Assembly (NCBI GenBank): GCA_013265495.1 | Contig: MU058241.1 | Location: 496,001 to 560,000, forward strand | DNA from: Vicugna vicugna | Taxonomy: Eukaryota | Direction of reading: 5' to 3' | Length of the DNA: 64,000 nucleotides | In this document: in pieces, positions 14,382 through 29,124 of the stretch | Position numbering within the stretch: position 1 is the stretch's first letter | Layout: each line of letters begins with the position of its first letter | Notes under the pieces: generated by a model | The model's database searches: none | What the model was told of the DNA's origin: nothing | What the model saw: only the letters and a program-made list of their open reading frames with translations | Made by a program: the position numbers and the translations under genes

Positions 14382-15271
14382 TCAGAAAGCACAGAAGATT
14401 TTTTATTCTGAAGGTTTAAATCCAAAGAACTTGAAAATCTGGCAGATCCTGACACCTGTCAGTTGCATTTAATAAAGTCAAGATTGCTAACCTGTACTGA
14501 TTCAGCTGCTTTGAACTCATGACACACCATTGGACCGTGTGTGGAGACTCTGAATTGTTTGCATTCAGGTACATGGGAAAAATAACTTTTCTCATTTGGC
14601 ATTTTAAAAGAATGCTTTTTGCTTTGTTCCCAGATTCTTTTGAAGTACAACCTAAGAGAATGGGAAAGGTGAGACGAGGCTGGTTAGGGACAACTGAATT
14701 CACTGTCACACGGCCCACATGCTACAGTTCAGAGCATCTCCAGAAGGGCCTAGAATCCTCATTTCAAGCCTTGCCTCTCTTCTAAAATGCCGACAGAGTA
14801 TGCGAACAGAGCCCAGATTGTAATTTTACTCACTTTCCTAATCAATGAACATCATGGTTCACTTCACAGTTTCCAGAATTTCTTGAAATCTCCTTTGCTC
14901 ATCCCCCATTGTCATTCTGCATTAATACAAAGATTTAAGTGCCATTATTGTGAGCTTTGAAAAGGAGAGATGATATGTGTAGTTAATCCACCATGGATAT
15001 GCAGACCTTTTCATCTTTCCAACCCTCAAAATTTAGATCTTATTTAATAAGCTAGTTGATTTTGTTAATAATATAACTAACTCCTCTTAACTGTAACGGA
15101 GGGTTTGCGTTTTTATAATATCATCAAAACAAGCCTTTTGAAATTTGCTGGACCTTCCATTAGAGCAGACTGACAGCATCTAATAATTCTTGCAATTGCT
15201 ATTTCTTCCTCTGAGTTAAAATCTTATCAACAGTGTAAGGAGCTACTAATAAATTCTTGGTTTGCCATAGG

Positions 15272-15432
15272 CCAGGGGATGGATGAGCCAGTGGGTCAAA
15301 TCCACTGAGCACCCAGTTTGTGTAAATACAGTTTTGTTAGGACTCAGTTACCCCGTTCCTTTCTGCACTACCTGTGGCTGCACCTGAGCTTCAGTGATGG
15401 GAGCTGGGTGGTTGCAGCAGAGACTGCAGATT
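15272..15432. mobile_element. MER58A-like hAT element (partial)
   Basis: gggtcaaatcc...tttgtgtaaatacagttttgttagga...gttgcagcagagac. Confidence 0.6.
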
Positions 15433-15811
15433 CCTGCGTAGCGTGTATTATCCTGCTTGGTTGGCTTGGTCTGTGCCAAGCGGCATTAATTATTTGTAGG
15501 CGATTTCAGATGCTACAGTTACGGCTTCGGAAGATGTTTCTGACTCTGACGTATTTACCATGCTTTATTCACGCCATCCACATTAACATATGTGTGGCAT
15601 ATGGGAGTCAGTCTTTCATTTTGCAGCTGATCAAAGGGTTGCTTTGATCAAGGGATTTTCCACCGAAGTCTTCCTTGAGTTACAACCAACAGGATTATTG
15701 ACTTGTATCCTACTTGTATTTTGTTATTTATATTATTCATGAATGAAAACAAATATTAATTCATTCTCCTCTAATGTTTGCTCTCTTATGGACATGTATG
15801 ATTTACATTTA

Positions 15812-15930
15812 AGGCTAGCTTTACCAGATTTAGCAAATAAAAATACAGGATGCCTAGTTAAAGTTGAATTTTATGTAAATACCAGATCACATTTTAGATG
15901 TGTGTCCCATGAAAATATAATTCAAATTTA
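15812..15930. mobile_element. MER53-like MITE (half element)
   Basis: ccagatttagcaaataaaaatacaggatgcctagttaaagttgaattt matches the recalled MER53 arm. Confidence 0.7.
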
Positions 15931-18347
15931 ACAACCTTATTTGTGATTTAATTTTATAGTATGTACATTTTCTAGGATGGTAGAGCTCTGGGGAGAGACC
16001 CCAAAGGTGATGAGCAGACTTGAGATAAAGAATTGAAAACTCCACTTTCTCAAGTACGTGCCGCTGAGCTGGTTGACGCTAGCCCCTGAAGAAAACAGAT
16101 TTATGCCAACAGGAGTTGATTCCTTATTGGAAAGGAATGATGCCTTAACCTAGATGGACTGAACATTTACACACGGTTAGGCAGAACAAGGAAAGAACCC
16201 ATGCTCTGGAGGCAGGAAATTAACAGAGTCCAGTGCTCCATAAATATTTGTTGAAGGGTCTCTGGATGGTAGGTATGGAGGGAAGCAAAAATGAGAGACT
16301 TAGCAGTGTGCCGAAATTGCCACAGAGTGAAAATGGTTGCCACAACTATTTCATGCACACTTTTGCCGGTACTACTTGGTTCTCCATCTCACTGAATTTG
16401 TGTGTGTGTGTGTGTGTGTGTTTTTAATCTCCTTCCCAAATCTGAGAGTTCTACACCCGTTTCTTATCAGGTCGCTCTCCAAGAAATAATCAAGGGAAAA
16501 ACTGTCAGATTTTGCCAGGGAGGTGTTTTAGGAAATAGAAACAGTAGGGGAATGAATTAATGCACACGACATTAACACAGACTGCGTCTTCCTCGTGAAG
16601 GCTGAGGTGCTGGCTTCTCGTCAGGGAGGACCCCTGCTTTGAGATGAGCATCTGGACCACTGTCCTCTTGTGAAAGCTCACCTGTCCCTGGAATGCGATG
16701 CGCTGAGACTTTGGTTAGCAACTTGATGTTAATGACAGTTGGTTTTTTTTTTTTTTAGTATATTTTATTTCATTCTTAAACGGCAGCATCTGTAAGGTCC
16801 CACTCTTAAAAACACTCTTACATTCTGTAAATCTGACATAGTTTGCAGGGGGCTCTGATTAGACACTCGACGTGACGTTTACCTCTCAGTCTGCTCATTT
16901 GACAAACGTTTAATTCAGCTTGCCCATACAAAGGAAACAAGAGTGACCTTGATGTCCCAAGCCTCAGATGGCCCCCGCTTTTTAAGTTGCATTTCTTGAG
17001 GGCAGACTTTGGTTTTTATGTAGCAGACCAGGTGTTGTGACTGAGGCCTTGGTGGTACTTAGATGACTCGGAGAAGCAGAAGCTGACCTTGGATTCTTCC
17101 CCCTTCTTCCACGCTCCCAATTTCTCCAGCCACCTGCTCTTTGGCTTGGGGGATATATTTGCCTCCTGTAAGTAGCATGAGACCCTCGTTTTTATACTGA
17201 TCTTATTACTTTCACAAACAATACGTTTTGGCTTTATGAAATTATTGTTAGAATCAAAATATTACAGTTATCATAGAATCAGCTCAGTAACGGAGGACTG
17301 TGTGGGTTTCATTGATACACTGCTGTATTTCTATCAGAATAATTTTATGCACACGGTGATATATCATATAGGATGCTCCAGAGGGAACGTAGGCCCAAAG
17401 CTCTCCCCAGGGTTTGCATACAGTTTTAATAATATTCAGCTAAACACATAATCACATGTTTCTCATATATTTTCAAAAGCCCCATATGGTTAGAAATGCC
17501 TGCCAGACTTCTCTGTTTTGATAAACAGAATGACATTTATTTAAACAGTTCTGAAAATACCTTCTTTCTCTACTTTATACTCAGGAGAGTTAACGTAGTC
17601 CCTGCTTTAGGCAGTAAAAGGCCACATTGCCAGCACCTATCTTATGGAGGATTCTGAATTTCCCTCTCAGATGTCATTCTGGGGAGACCCCGAGTGCACT
17701 AGCCTTCAAAGATTTAAGAGTTTAACCCAAGGACAGATGATGGCAAGTGGGGGACCTCAGTTGGCACTGGGTTTTTCAAAAAGTGATTTGCTATTTGTTG
17801 CCCATGAAACTGAGTATTCTCTAAAGAGATTGTTAGTTTTACTGCATGAAAGTCAATATATTTAATCATAAATTCTAGTAATAGAAATTCAAACAGAATG
17901 ACTGAAGTGAAGCAGACAGGAAAATGACTGATTTCTTCAGACACTATTAGGTTATGCTGACATATTTTCTATGCTGGCTCTGCAGGTCATTGCACCCCAT
18001 TATTTAGATAGCAGGGGAATCTAATTGAACTGAAAGCCCCCGTCCTTGAGAAATAGGCTGCTTTTGTTTTGTTTGGCTTTTTCCCTGTCAGCCTCCCCAT
18101 TTCTGAGGTTTGCTTTGACAGCTCTGAAGTTTGGGTTATACACAATACATACAAAGTAGGGAAATAATTAGGTTGCACGATATGTTTTCATCCTGAAAAA
18201 CCACAGCTTTAAAATATTCCTATTGTTTTCCCCGTCCTTTGCTGCTTGCTGACAGTGAACAAGACCTTATGGGCAAAGGGACAAAGACGTGTGTACCATC
18301 TACAGCTCTGCTTCTCCAAGAGTCCCTCGGTGGGAATCAGTGCTTTA

Positions 18348-18964
18348 TTTTTATTTAAAAAAAATTTTTTTTAATTGAAGTACAGTCAGTTACAATGTGT
18401 CAATTTCTGGTGTACAGCATGAATGTCCCAGTCATGCATATACATACATATATTAATTTTCATATTCTTTTTCATTAAAGGTTATTACAAGATATTAAAC
18501 ATAGTTCCCTGTGCTATACAGAAGAAACTTTAAAATCTATTTTTATATATAGTGGCTAACATTTGCAAATCAACATTTGCAAAAACTCCCAAATTTATCC
18601 CTTCCCATCCACTTTCTCCAGTAACAATAAGATTGTTTACTATGCCTGTGAATCTGTTTCTGTTTTGTAGATGAGTTCATAGTATCCTTTTTTAATTTTC
18701 TTTTTCTTTAGATTCTACATATGGGTGACATCATATGGCATTTTACTTTCTCTTTTTCTGGCTTACTTCGCTTAGAATGACGATCTCTGTGTCCATCCAT
18801 GTTGTTGCAAATGGCATTATTTTATTCTTTTTTATGGCTGAGTAGTATTCCATTGTATAAATATACCACAACTTCTTTATCCAGTCATCTGTCATTGGAC
18901 AATTAGGTTGCTACCATGTCTAGGCTATTGTATATAGTGCTGCTGTGAACATTGGGGTGCAGGT
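18348..18964 (-). mobile_element. 5'-truncated L1 (~620 bp) with intact TSD
   Basis: 15-bp TSD GGAATCAGTGCTTTA at 18333-18347 and 18965-18979; T-rich tail on the left; L1 3'UTR and end of ORF2. Confidence 0.93.
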
Positions 18965-21900
18965 GGAATCAGTGCTTTAGATTCAGTACAGGGTGCAGAA
19001 GTTATATCCCAGAAATATCAGTCAATTAGGAAAAGGGCCTGTGGTTCCAGACAAAGCACTGAATAATGAGGAGAATTGTGTGTCATTGCTGATGGTTGAA
19101 GAAAGTCTGCATACCCTTTACTCTCTAAGAAATGTGGGCAGGGCGTGTCATATATGAGAATATCCAGGAATTGGAAACTGTAGATCCATCCTGTGGAGGC
19201 CAAGGACAGTCTGGAGAGTGAGCTCTGGCTGGCGCCCCACAAAACATCCTTCCACGTTAAGTTACTGTGCTGGGAGTTTCTGAGATCTTCACAGTGTCTT
19301 CTCCATTCCTTTTGGCTTCACTTTTGTGAAACTGGGGTCTCACAGCTTAGTTCCAGGATTCAGCTTCCATATTTTCTTTATATTTATCTGTACCATTTCT
19401 ATTTCTTTGAATGATAAAGCTTAAACAATGCCACTGAGTCCTTATGAGAAGCTTCATAATAACGAGAATACTTACTTTGTCTTCTGCTGGTACTTACACA
19501 GGCTTATGCCAACCCAATCTTCACCACCTTTTTATGACTCTCAAAGATGACAGTGGAGCTCTCTTTTTCAATACTCAGATTATCTTTTCAAAAATATCTT
19601 GGGGTGTTTTGATAAAAAGAGCCTGTGTTAGGTAGCTTTCAGTCATTACTAAAATGAAAACTCATCTCACTGAGATGATTTCTGCACTCATACAATGAAG
19701 CGACTTCTGAAAATAGACCAAAATATATTTTCAAATAAATGTGGGCAAGTCCATCTGCTAACAGAGATGGAAAGTTTCTGTTTTAAAACTGCAGACTAAA
19801 ATGCTATTTTTATCTGAGATCAGAAAGAGGAAAAAAAATGCTGACATTGCTTCTATTAGAGGAACTTTGAATATGGAAGCTAGAAATTTTTAATGAAAAG
19901 ACTTGGTCTCTGACCCAACAACTTCTTTGCTAAAGTATCAGGAAGAGACATACACCTGGGATCAGGTGGCGTGAGCGTTCTGCTTTTTCTGGAATGAACT
20001 GAGGGAAGGGGCTTTCACATGATGTCTGTTCGTCAGCCCTGCACCTGTCTGACAGGGGCATCGATGTTGCTTGCAATCCTGTCAACTGTCTCAGTGTCCC
20101 AGCTGCTGGAAAACTGTAATGCTGTTGGGGAGAAATTAATAATTCATCTGAAATTTAAAGTGAGGTTGTTGACTGTCTAGATTTCGTAGAATTAGAAAAG
20201 TAATTTTGAGTCATTTCATAAGAAGATAAGGCCAAATCTGTAGAAAAGGGAGCCTTTATTATAAAAACACAACTCTCAGAAGCAAACGAAAAAATAATGT
20301 GTTAATTTAAAGAAAAAGGTTGGAAAAAATTCAGATAGTCTCCACATATGAACACTTATATTTTTATAATAAAACATCTGACTGCCTTGCTGAATTCAAA
20401 ATATCTGAATAGCTTGCACAGAAAAATATTTTGCAAATCTTAGGAAAATAAGGAGCGAAACAGAATTTTCTTCTCAAAGTCGCTTCTGACTTAATCTCTT
20501 TAGTACATTTTTGTTATGTAATATGAGTAACAAACCCATTGTTCATGTTGTCAAAGGCAATCGATTATTAAAAAATCTTCGCAGTACTGGTGGAATATTG
20601 CATGGGCTTTTACTGTCTCTATCAAAGACTGGTCTTAGTTTATGCCTGAAAACCCTGAGACAGAGCTCCCACAGATACAAATGTGGAAGACTTTTAGTGA
20701 CGTGACACTCCTCGTATGTTCCAGTAAATCTCGGTAGCGAAAAATAGTTGTGAGCAGAAGTGTATCTTAAAACAAGCAAGCACAAAGGAGAAATAAATGA
20801 AAGTACATGAGTATTTTATTACCTCATCAAATCGCCTTGCTTGGAAAGACTATCACATGGTGGCAGATGGGCCTACTTGATCCTGAAATGACCTTGAGTT
20901 GGGTGTGTCCCTTGACCATCAGCAAGCCAACTGTAAGGCCACAAGAAGGAAAACCCGGGTCACCCTGGGGTTCCTATGTCCAGCTTAAGTGGGAAGGACG
21001 AACAGGGAACCAGCTGAGGTTTTTTGAAGAGGTGGCGAAGGTCTTCCACTTGGTACCTTTCAGTCATCGTTGCTTGGAAACAGCTATAGATCATGTACTT
21101 GTCTGTAGGACAGTAAATCTCATGTGTACTTTGTAAGAGAGCTAGGCCATTAACAAGTGGTAATGCCAGGCCCTAGAATTTGTGTAGTCTTTGTATTGGG
21201 CAGCATTTTGATAGAAGCCCTGTAAGTAACGCACATCAGACCGAGGCAGGCAGAAGACTGGATGTCATATTCTCTGCAAACCCACCAGTCCTCAGTGAAC
21301 CCCCCAAAACACACCTCCTCACACTGCCTTCCAGTTTATTGGAGTCTTCCACCATTGCAGTACACTCACCTTGCTGTTACTACTGATAAATGTTGCTACA
21401 TTAAGGTCTAAAGTTGAATTTGACTTTCGTTTCTTAATTTTAAAAAAATAGCATGTCGTGTAAATTAATGGACTCTTTTGCATGTGAATGTCTCTCATAA
21501 TAGCCCCTGGAAGAGTGAGAACTTGAGAAGAATGATAATTCAGTCTTTTTTTGCAGCTAGAAGGATTGTAATGGTATTTCTTGACATTTTGTTGGCTAGT
21601 GAGTGGACCACGTGCCAGAATGCAGTGCACACAGGGACATTTATTTGTCATAGCATCTTTGACAAGTGAAATTCCCCTGTTATTCTATAAATAAAAACAG
21701 CTGTGCAATCTCAGGCAAGTTACATAAACTGAAGATGTGTCGAATTTAAAAATGAAACAGCTATTGTGGAATTAAAGTCCTCCAGCTTTTAAATATCATT
21801 ACAGACAATTTAGTAATGTATTTCAGACTAACTGTGGCTTTTCAAATATAAAAACAGAGGCTTCCAACTTTAATCTAGAAAATTGTTTTTGTTGGAGATC

Positions 21901-23821
21901 CTTTCCTATTATTGTTATGAAATAAAAAGCAAAAACAAAGATTAAAATTATGATAAAGATTATTAAATTATATATTTGATTAGAGCTATTTTAAAGATCA
22001 CAAATCAAATGAGAATACTTCACATCTACTGAAAAAGCCAAGTTGAAAATGTTAAACAGTCTATCATCATTTAAATAGTAGCCATTTATTATTCAGAGCT
22101 CTCTGCTAGATTGCTTTAAATATTTTATAAATGATGCATACCAGCCTAATCTCCTGAGAGTTTAAGCAATGGTCTCTTAAAAATCTAGGTGAATTAAGTG
22201 TCATTCAAATACAAAATAGAAATAGAGATAAGTCTTGAGAACAGCTTTAAAAATTATATATGGTGGAGGAAGGAGAAATCCTTTAACCTAGTAAAGGAAT
22301 CCTGCAAAATAATATATGTTTCCCTAATAAAGACCAGAAGAATATAGTCTATGACCTCATCACTTCATGGGACTCTTAAGGTTAAACTAGTCAGTCCAGG
22401 CCCCTCCCTTTAATAGAAACTCCACAACATTATCATCTTGCCCAAAGTTGCCCAGCTAGCTAGAAGCCGACTCAAAACTAGTCTCTTTCTTCTACAGATG
22501 GTTGATTTTACTGTAATACCAGGATTTTTACATTTTAACTTGAAGATTTCCAAAGATTTTTAGGAATCTACCTAAAAATGTTACGGTTGGATTCCTGAAG
22601 ATATCCCAAGTTGCCTTTTGAGGTTCTCACTCTAAGTGCATTTGCTATATCTCCTTGCCTCTTACACTGAGTTGTCCCAGGTGCCATGGGAGCAGTCAGC
22701 AGGACTGGTAGTTCCAGGTGTTTCTGATAAGAGAGAAGTTACCGGAGCATCTACAGAGAAAGGAGTTCTCGCTTTGCCCCGAAGACCGCAGCTCCTGTTG
22801 CATCCAAATAAATACGAGAGCATTACTTCGGAGATTTCCTGAGGCAATAAATGTGTGTGGCTGTTAAGCATTTTTCTCTCTTAATGACACTGAAGATTGT
22901 AAAAGAAGATCTCAGTCTCCAGTGGGTTTCATACGTCACCAGTCCCCATGCAGATGTCCCCCGACTGTGCCTCGTTGAGCCCCGTGTGTGTCTTTGCTTG
23001 AATGTCCCTCACCCCCGAGAAAATAGACCGAGTGGGCAAAATTCACGATTCCCCTAGAAAGGGTGTCAACGGCTGGGTTATGGCAATAAGTGAGCCTTGT
23101 ATCACAGGTGTCTCTAGATGTCTCTGTGCAAAGGTAAAATTAAATTCAGCCACAATGTTCATACACACTTTGGGCCAAAAAATATAAAGTAAGTAAAGCT
23201 TTTCCTTTTATTTTCATATGGAGCCTAAATGGTAGAGGTAATTCTACTGGTGGCATAAAACGGATGTATGTCAGCCCTTAGGTATTCGAGCCAGGGAATA
23301 TACATAAGGCAAGAATTAAGAAGTACAAACGTGTTGCGTTTCTTTGTAATTGTCTTGTCAGATATGACAGAGATGCTTGTAGGTGTCACCTTTATTACCG
23401 GGATTGGTTTTAACCAAAGCCTTCAGACAGATCAGATAGATGTAATTGTTTATTCCTTTTCTTTTTTCATTCATGTTAGCTGAGGGCTGTGGCAGGCACC
23501 GAAGACAGAGATGAAAGTCTTGTTCCTGTCTAGTGAAGTCCATTAAAACCAGGAACATGGTATCTGATGTCTCTTAAACCATGAAGAGGTGACAGAAGCT
23601 CCCTTTCAGTGCTCTTTTGATGTTCTGAAAGCTAGTGTGCTCAGCCTTTGCTGGCTAACCAGGCATACCATTCGGTTCCGCATAGAAGTCTCAGCAGGCG
23701 TAACCCGTTGGCATGGGCCAGTCAAGTTAAGGGGCTGAACATTAGGAGGGCTCCGGGATCAGCGATCCTAACCTGACAACAAAGCTCGGGAAGCTAGATC
23801 GATCTACAGTGAAGAATGTCT

Positions 23822-24706
23822 TCCTTTTTGTTTTAATTCAAGAATTTTTTCACTGCTGGTGGGAATGCAGTCTGGTGCAGCCACTGTGGAAAACAGTATG
23901 GAGATTCCTCAAAAGACTAGGAATAGACTTACCATTTGACCCAGTCATCCCACTCCTGGGCACTTATCCAGAAGGAACCCTACTTCAAAAAGACACCTGC
24001 ACCCCTATGTGCATAGCAGCACTATTTACAATAGCCAAGACATGGAAGCAGCCTCAATGTCCATTGACAGATGACTGGATAAAGAAGCTGTGGTATATTT
24101 ATACAATGGAATACTACTCAGCCATGAAAATGACAACATGATGCCATTTGCAGCAACATAACAACATGATGCGCAGCAACATGGATGCTCCTGGAGAATG
24201 TCATTCTAAGTGAAGTAAGCCAGAAAGAGACAAAAAAATACCATATGAGATCACTTATATGTGGAATCTAAACAAAACAAAACAAAACAAAACCAAAACC
24301 AAGCAGAAATACAAAACAGAAACAGACTCATAGACGTAGAATACAAACTTGTGGTTGCCAAGGGGGGTGGGCAGAGATAGATTGGAATTTCAAAATGTAG
24401 AATAGATAAACAAGATTATACTGTATAGCACAGGGAAATATATACAAGATCTTATGGTAGCTCACAGAGAAAAAAATATGACAATGAATATATATATATG
24501 TTCATGTATAACTGAAAAATTGTACTCTACACTGGAATTTGACACAACATTGTAAAATGATTATAAATCAATAAAAAATGTTAAAAAAAATTTTTTAAGA
24601 AGTTGAAGTATAGTCAATTTACCATGTGTTAATTTCTAGTATACAACATAGTGATTCATTTACACATATATATGCATAAATGTATGTATATATTCCTTTT
24701 CATATT
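23822..24706 (-). mobile_element. Short antisense L1 3' end split by the nested plus-strand L1 (parts 23822-23850 and 24597-24706)
   Basis: 12-bp TSD TGAAGAATGTCT at 23810-23821 and 24707-24718; ttgaagtatagtcaatttac...gtgattca...ttttcatatt. Confidence 0.8.
23851..24590 (+). mobile_element. Young 5'-truncated L1 (~740 bp), nested in an older L1 end
   Basis: Encodes [28 protein letters not shown]...; 3'UTR is homologous to the reverse complement of the 34.7-kb copy; AATAAA and poly(A) at ~24570-24590. Confidence 0.95.
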
Positions 24707-25679
24707 TGAAGAATGTCTCCTGTAAAAAGAAAATCTACTGAGAAAGGCAACACAGTGCACTCTCAAAGGGAGAAGAAAGTCGTAGAATTACTTTAGCATC
24801 AACCGAGATGGAATCATCCTGTTTTGTTACGAAGATGGTCACACTTCTGGGCTTGAATTCATGTTAAAAAAATGACCTGCTGGTTAAATTATGGTATTGA
24901 ATTTGGGACCAGGAGGAGGTTTTGTTGACGAGAAAAATGTGGAGGATAAACAGCACTCCTTTCTTAGTCTATTTCTCTCACCCCCAGGCCCTCCAGAGGC
25001 CAGCAGGAGGAGAGGGCGGCACACTGAACCTGGAGTGAGCTGGAGGTATATGACCTTATCCGTCTCTGGAGTTGTGTTAGGTCCAGTGGTTCACTTGTGT
25101 GGATCTTGCCTCTTCCTCAGAGTTAACTGGGATGATTTCCTTTGCAGCATCAGCCCTTACTCCCCTGTGGGCTGTGTAACAGATGTTTGGAAAGTAGCCT
25201 TTTGGCAGTTTGGAGGGAGTTTTGTTCTAGATTAAACCCTAGAAGCGACACTAGGTCCTTGGCCGTCCAGCCTCCTCTCACTGTCCCTGCCTGTCTCCCA
25301 GTCACCCTGTCCCCTGCAGTAGCAGTCAGCATGGTCTGGGACTGTAGTGTCCTGGGAGAATCTGAGGAGAGCTAGGGACCTTGGCCACAGGAAATGTCCA
25401 ATACACACGAAACATTGCCCACATCTTCAGGGTGTTCCTGACCCAGGACTGCCAGTGCATAGATCCCACTGACCCCCACCTGCCTACATATCTGGGAGTT
25501 GTCTAAGGAGTGCTGGGTACTTTTCCAGGGCCCAGCACGTCCCCACGGTCTCAGGTCAGACGCATCCCCGTAGTCTCAGGTCAAGCACATCCTGTCTCAC
25601 AGGTTTATACTAGCATCATCGTTATTAGCCTGAAATCCAACAGGGGAAGAAGTCTGTTAATTTTTTTTCACCAGGCATT

Positions 25680-26290
25680 TCTTTCTTTAAAAAAATTGTT
25701 TTAATTGAGGTAACTGAATTATAACATTATGAAAGTTTCACATGTACAGCATTACATTTCTACTTTTGTGTACCCTGCTACCTACTCCCTCCCCCAAATT
25801 TAGCTGACATGCATACACTTGACCCATTTACCTCTTTCACCCTCCCCGACTCCTCCCCTTGATAACCACTACTCTGTTCTGTGTATCTACCTACTTGTTT
25901 CTGTTTCATTTGGTTTCTTTGTTCATTTTGTTTGCTCCTTCCTTTATGAGTTTTATATTCCGCATGTGAGTGAAATTATGCAGTGTTGGTCTTTCTCTGT
26001 CTGACTTATTGCACTTAGCATAGTAGCCTCTAGGTCCTTTCATGTTGTTGCAAATGGCACTATTTCATTTTTAATGGCTGAATAGTATTCCATTGTGTAT
26101 ATAGCACATCTTCTGTGTGCATTCATCCGTTGATGGGCACTTAGGTTGTTTCCATATCTCCACTGTTGTAGGTAATGTCGTCTGAACACAGGAATGTGTG
26201 TATCTTTTCGTATTAGTGTTTCATGTTCTTTGAATAGATACCTAGAAGTGGGATAGCTGGATCATATGGTGATTCTATGCTTAATTTTTT
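25680..26290 (-). mobile_element. Older L1 3' fragment
   Basis: ttttaattgaggtaactg...atggctgaatagtattccattgtg...gctggatcatatggt; degenerate TSD core gcatttctt on both sides. Confidence 0.85.
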
Positions 26291-27204
26291 GTCACTCAGC
26301 ATTTCTTAAAGTGATAGGTCCACTGAAATCTATTTGGAATGACATTTAGGGTTGGGGTTATGTTTACTAATGTCTGGATGCAGTGGCATTAAGTGGCCAA
26401 GACCTCTTGGGCTGAGGAAGGGAACTTCCAGAACATTTGGGTGAGGAGCTCAGCAGACTCTCTCCCACAAAAGCCTTGATAAAACTGAAAAAGATCATCA
26501 GAAATAACATCTCAGGTCTCTGAAATCTGACCAGAGACATATAAGACCCGTCAAAGGATTGCCTCCATGGTTCCCTTCCTAGATTTGCAGTCTCACATGG
26601 TCTTCATGTTCTGCCCAAAGTGGGTAGAAACAACCAACCGTCTGCTCTTTTCGATCCAGCATCGGACAACCGTGTCCTGCTGGGAAAAAGCCAGCCAACC
26701 AAGGCAGCGCTGTGGTGCAGCTCCCCCTGGGCCCATGGTACCACTTAGAGATGCTTCTCCCCCTTCACAGCATCCTCCAACACTGCCCAGGATGGTTACG
26801 CCCTGTTTTTACAGCTCACTTAAGCTTCCTTTCCCATTCTTGCTTCCTTGTGTTCTCGGGTAGCAAGTTTCCTCTTCATCCTGGCGGGAAAAAAGGATTA
26901 AGTCAGAAGTAGCTGCAAGTGCCTGCTTGTATAGTCTCTTCTGTTCCTCACTGTCAAGGTCATCTCTCTTCCCGCGCTCAGAGCCCTCTGTCCTCAGCAT
27001 CCCCTCTGAGAGCCTTCTCTCTCCTCCTCCACCTTCAGCTTCATGCTGGCCCCTTTGCTTCAACTCGTGGAAACCTATTCAAAGGTACAATTATCTCCTT
27101 ACTAGGGGGAAGAAACACCTTCACGTCTCATCTTGTCTGTCTCTGACTATCTCCTTATTTGTTCCTTTCGTAGGCAGGTTTTTGGTATGTGGTCCGGCAC
27201 ACAC

Positions 27205-27450
27205 AGCATAAGATAACCATTTTAACCATTTGACAATGGCGTTTAACCATGGTGAAGTGTACGATTCAGTGGCATTTAGTATGTGCCCAGTGTTTGGCAA
27301 CTGTGACCGCTGTCCAGTTCCAGAACATTTCCAACGCTCTGAAAGGAAACCTTGTGACCATAGCCTGTCACTCTGTCCCCCAGCCGACTGCTGGCAACCT
27401 CTCATCTGCCTTCTGTCTCTGTGGATTTTCTGATTCTGGGCGAATCCTAT
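27205..27450 (-). mobile_element. L1MB-like 3' end fragment
   Basis: gtgtacgattcagtggcatttagt...ttccagaacatttcc...ctggcaacc...ctgtctctgtggatt. Confidence 0.65.
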
Positions 27451-27950
27451 AAACTCATAGTCATAATTCTCGCAAAGATTAATGAAGACTAAGAGTGTCC
27501 ATGAGCTCACTCCCATGTTCCTCGCAGCCTGCTCTACCCTGGACAGCTCTTCTGCTGGCCCTCCTCCCCCTGCCCCCCTGCTGCTCTGGGACTGCAGATG
27601 ACAGTCTGACCTGCAGTCCAGTGGGTCTTCTAGTCTTTTTCCGTCTTCCCATCTCTGAAAGATGTGAAACAGATCAGTAGGTTACTTGGGGCTTTTGCTA
27701 CGATCCATGTTTCTTTTTCTCACCCAGGAATAAAGGATACCCACACCGCTGTGGGAGCCGCTCACGACACGATGTCCAGAGGTGGAAAGTTGAAAACTGT
27801 CACAGCACTGATGCCAGGGCCTGACTGACTTCTCACCCCCGTGCTTATCTGGCTGGACTTCAGGAAAGGCCATCCTGGTTTTATGTGCATTTGAGATTTT
27901 TTGTATACGTTTTGGTTTCATGTGTTAGGCCAAAGTGGTTTTTTTCTTTC

Positions 27951-27983
<33 letters not shown>

Positions 27984-29124
27984 TTTTTTTTGTTTTTAGC
28001 ATTCTACCATTGTCTCCTGAGTTTGTAATACATATGCACATGTCAAATTGACTAGCCTAGACTTTAGGTTTTTATCAAGAACTGTGTACTCTCGTGAAGG
28101 TTGAAGAGAAAGACTGGCTTTAAAGACATGGTCCTGTTTTATAACATATCTTTTAAAAAATACAGTTTAAAATATGTTCTCTCCTTCATATAGGAAGCAT
28201 TTGTAAGGCCACTAACTATCTACAGAAGTGGGAAAATGATTTAAACAATTTTTAAAAATTCAGTGTGATAATAATATGGAAAAATGGGTACAGGTGGGAA
28301 ATGGATTTATTTCCATAGCTTAAAACATTTTTTGGTTTTTTCCTACAATAAGAGGGATTGTCTCTGATGGTCTAATGTTAGCAGTAATGAAGAGGCTTCC
28401 AGGGACACCTTTGGTCTTGCAAGAAGTTGACATTGCCAGATTTGGTGAAGGTCCTCTTTTCCCTTAGGCCAGAAGACAACAGAGCATTAATGTTCCTATT
28501 TAATTAAATCAAATAAAGGGCCAAGTGGTCCAGGACTCTTGCTTAAAATATTATCATCCAGTTTGGAAGAGTAATGGTGTAAACAAGAGAACATTATTTT
28601 TTAATGTCAGTGAATAATAAGGTTGTGATTTTTGTTGTCACAAGGAATCATTCTCTAACACCAAACTGGGAGTTCTAGATTTCTAGCATCAAGTAAGCAA
28701 CTTATGCTAAAGCTGGTAGACTAGGTTAAAAACATTTCTTAATTTTAATATGCTGTCTGCTGAAGTTTATGATCAGGGTTTTTAGAAATACTATTTATAT
28801 GTGAAATGAAATTCAGATTTTAAAAAAAACCCTCAGTGCTGTTTGGGCTAAGTATCTTGATTGTTGAAGGGTTTGGACTGTACTGTAGTTTTAACATTTC
28901 TTTCTTGTCATCAGGTAGACTGGTTTTTTCTCATCTATTTAACCCGTATTTTAAGCTTCTTACTAATTCAAAATTAAGTCATGATTGTCCATCACTTCCG
29001 AACATGCCACCTCCCCAGTCATTCATAAATGAAAGGGGTTGGGTTTTGTTGGTTTGCTTGTGTAGGTATGTGTCTGTGTGTGTGTGCACATGCGTGAGAG
29101 AACACATTATTTGTTTGTGACAAC

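Noticed and set aside
27939..27997. Long poly-T tract as a possible orphan retrotransposition tail
   Set aside because: No TSD or attached element body found; treated as a simple repeat.
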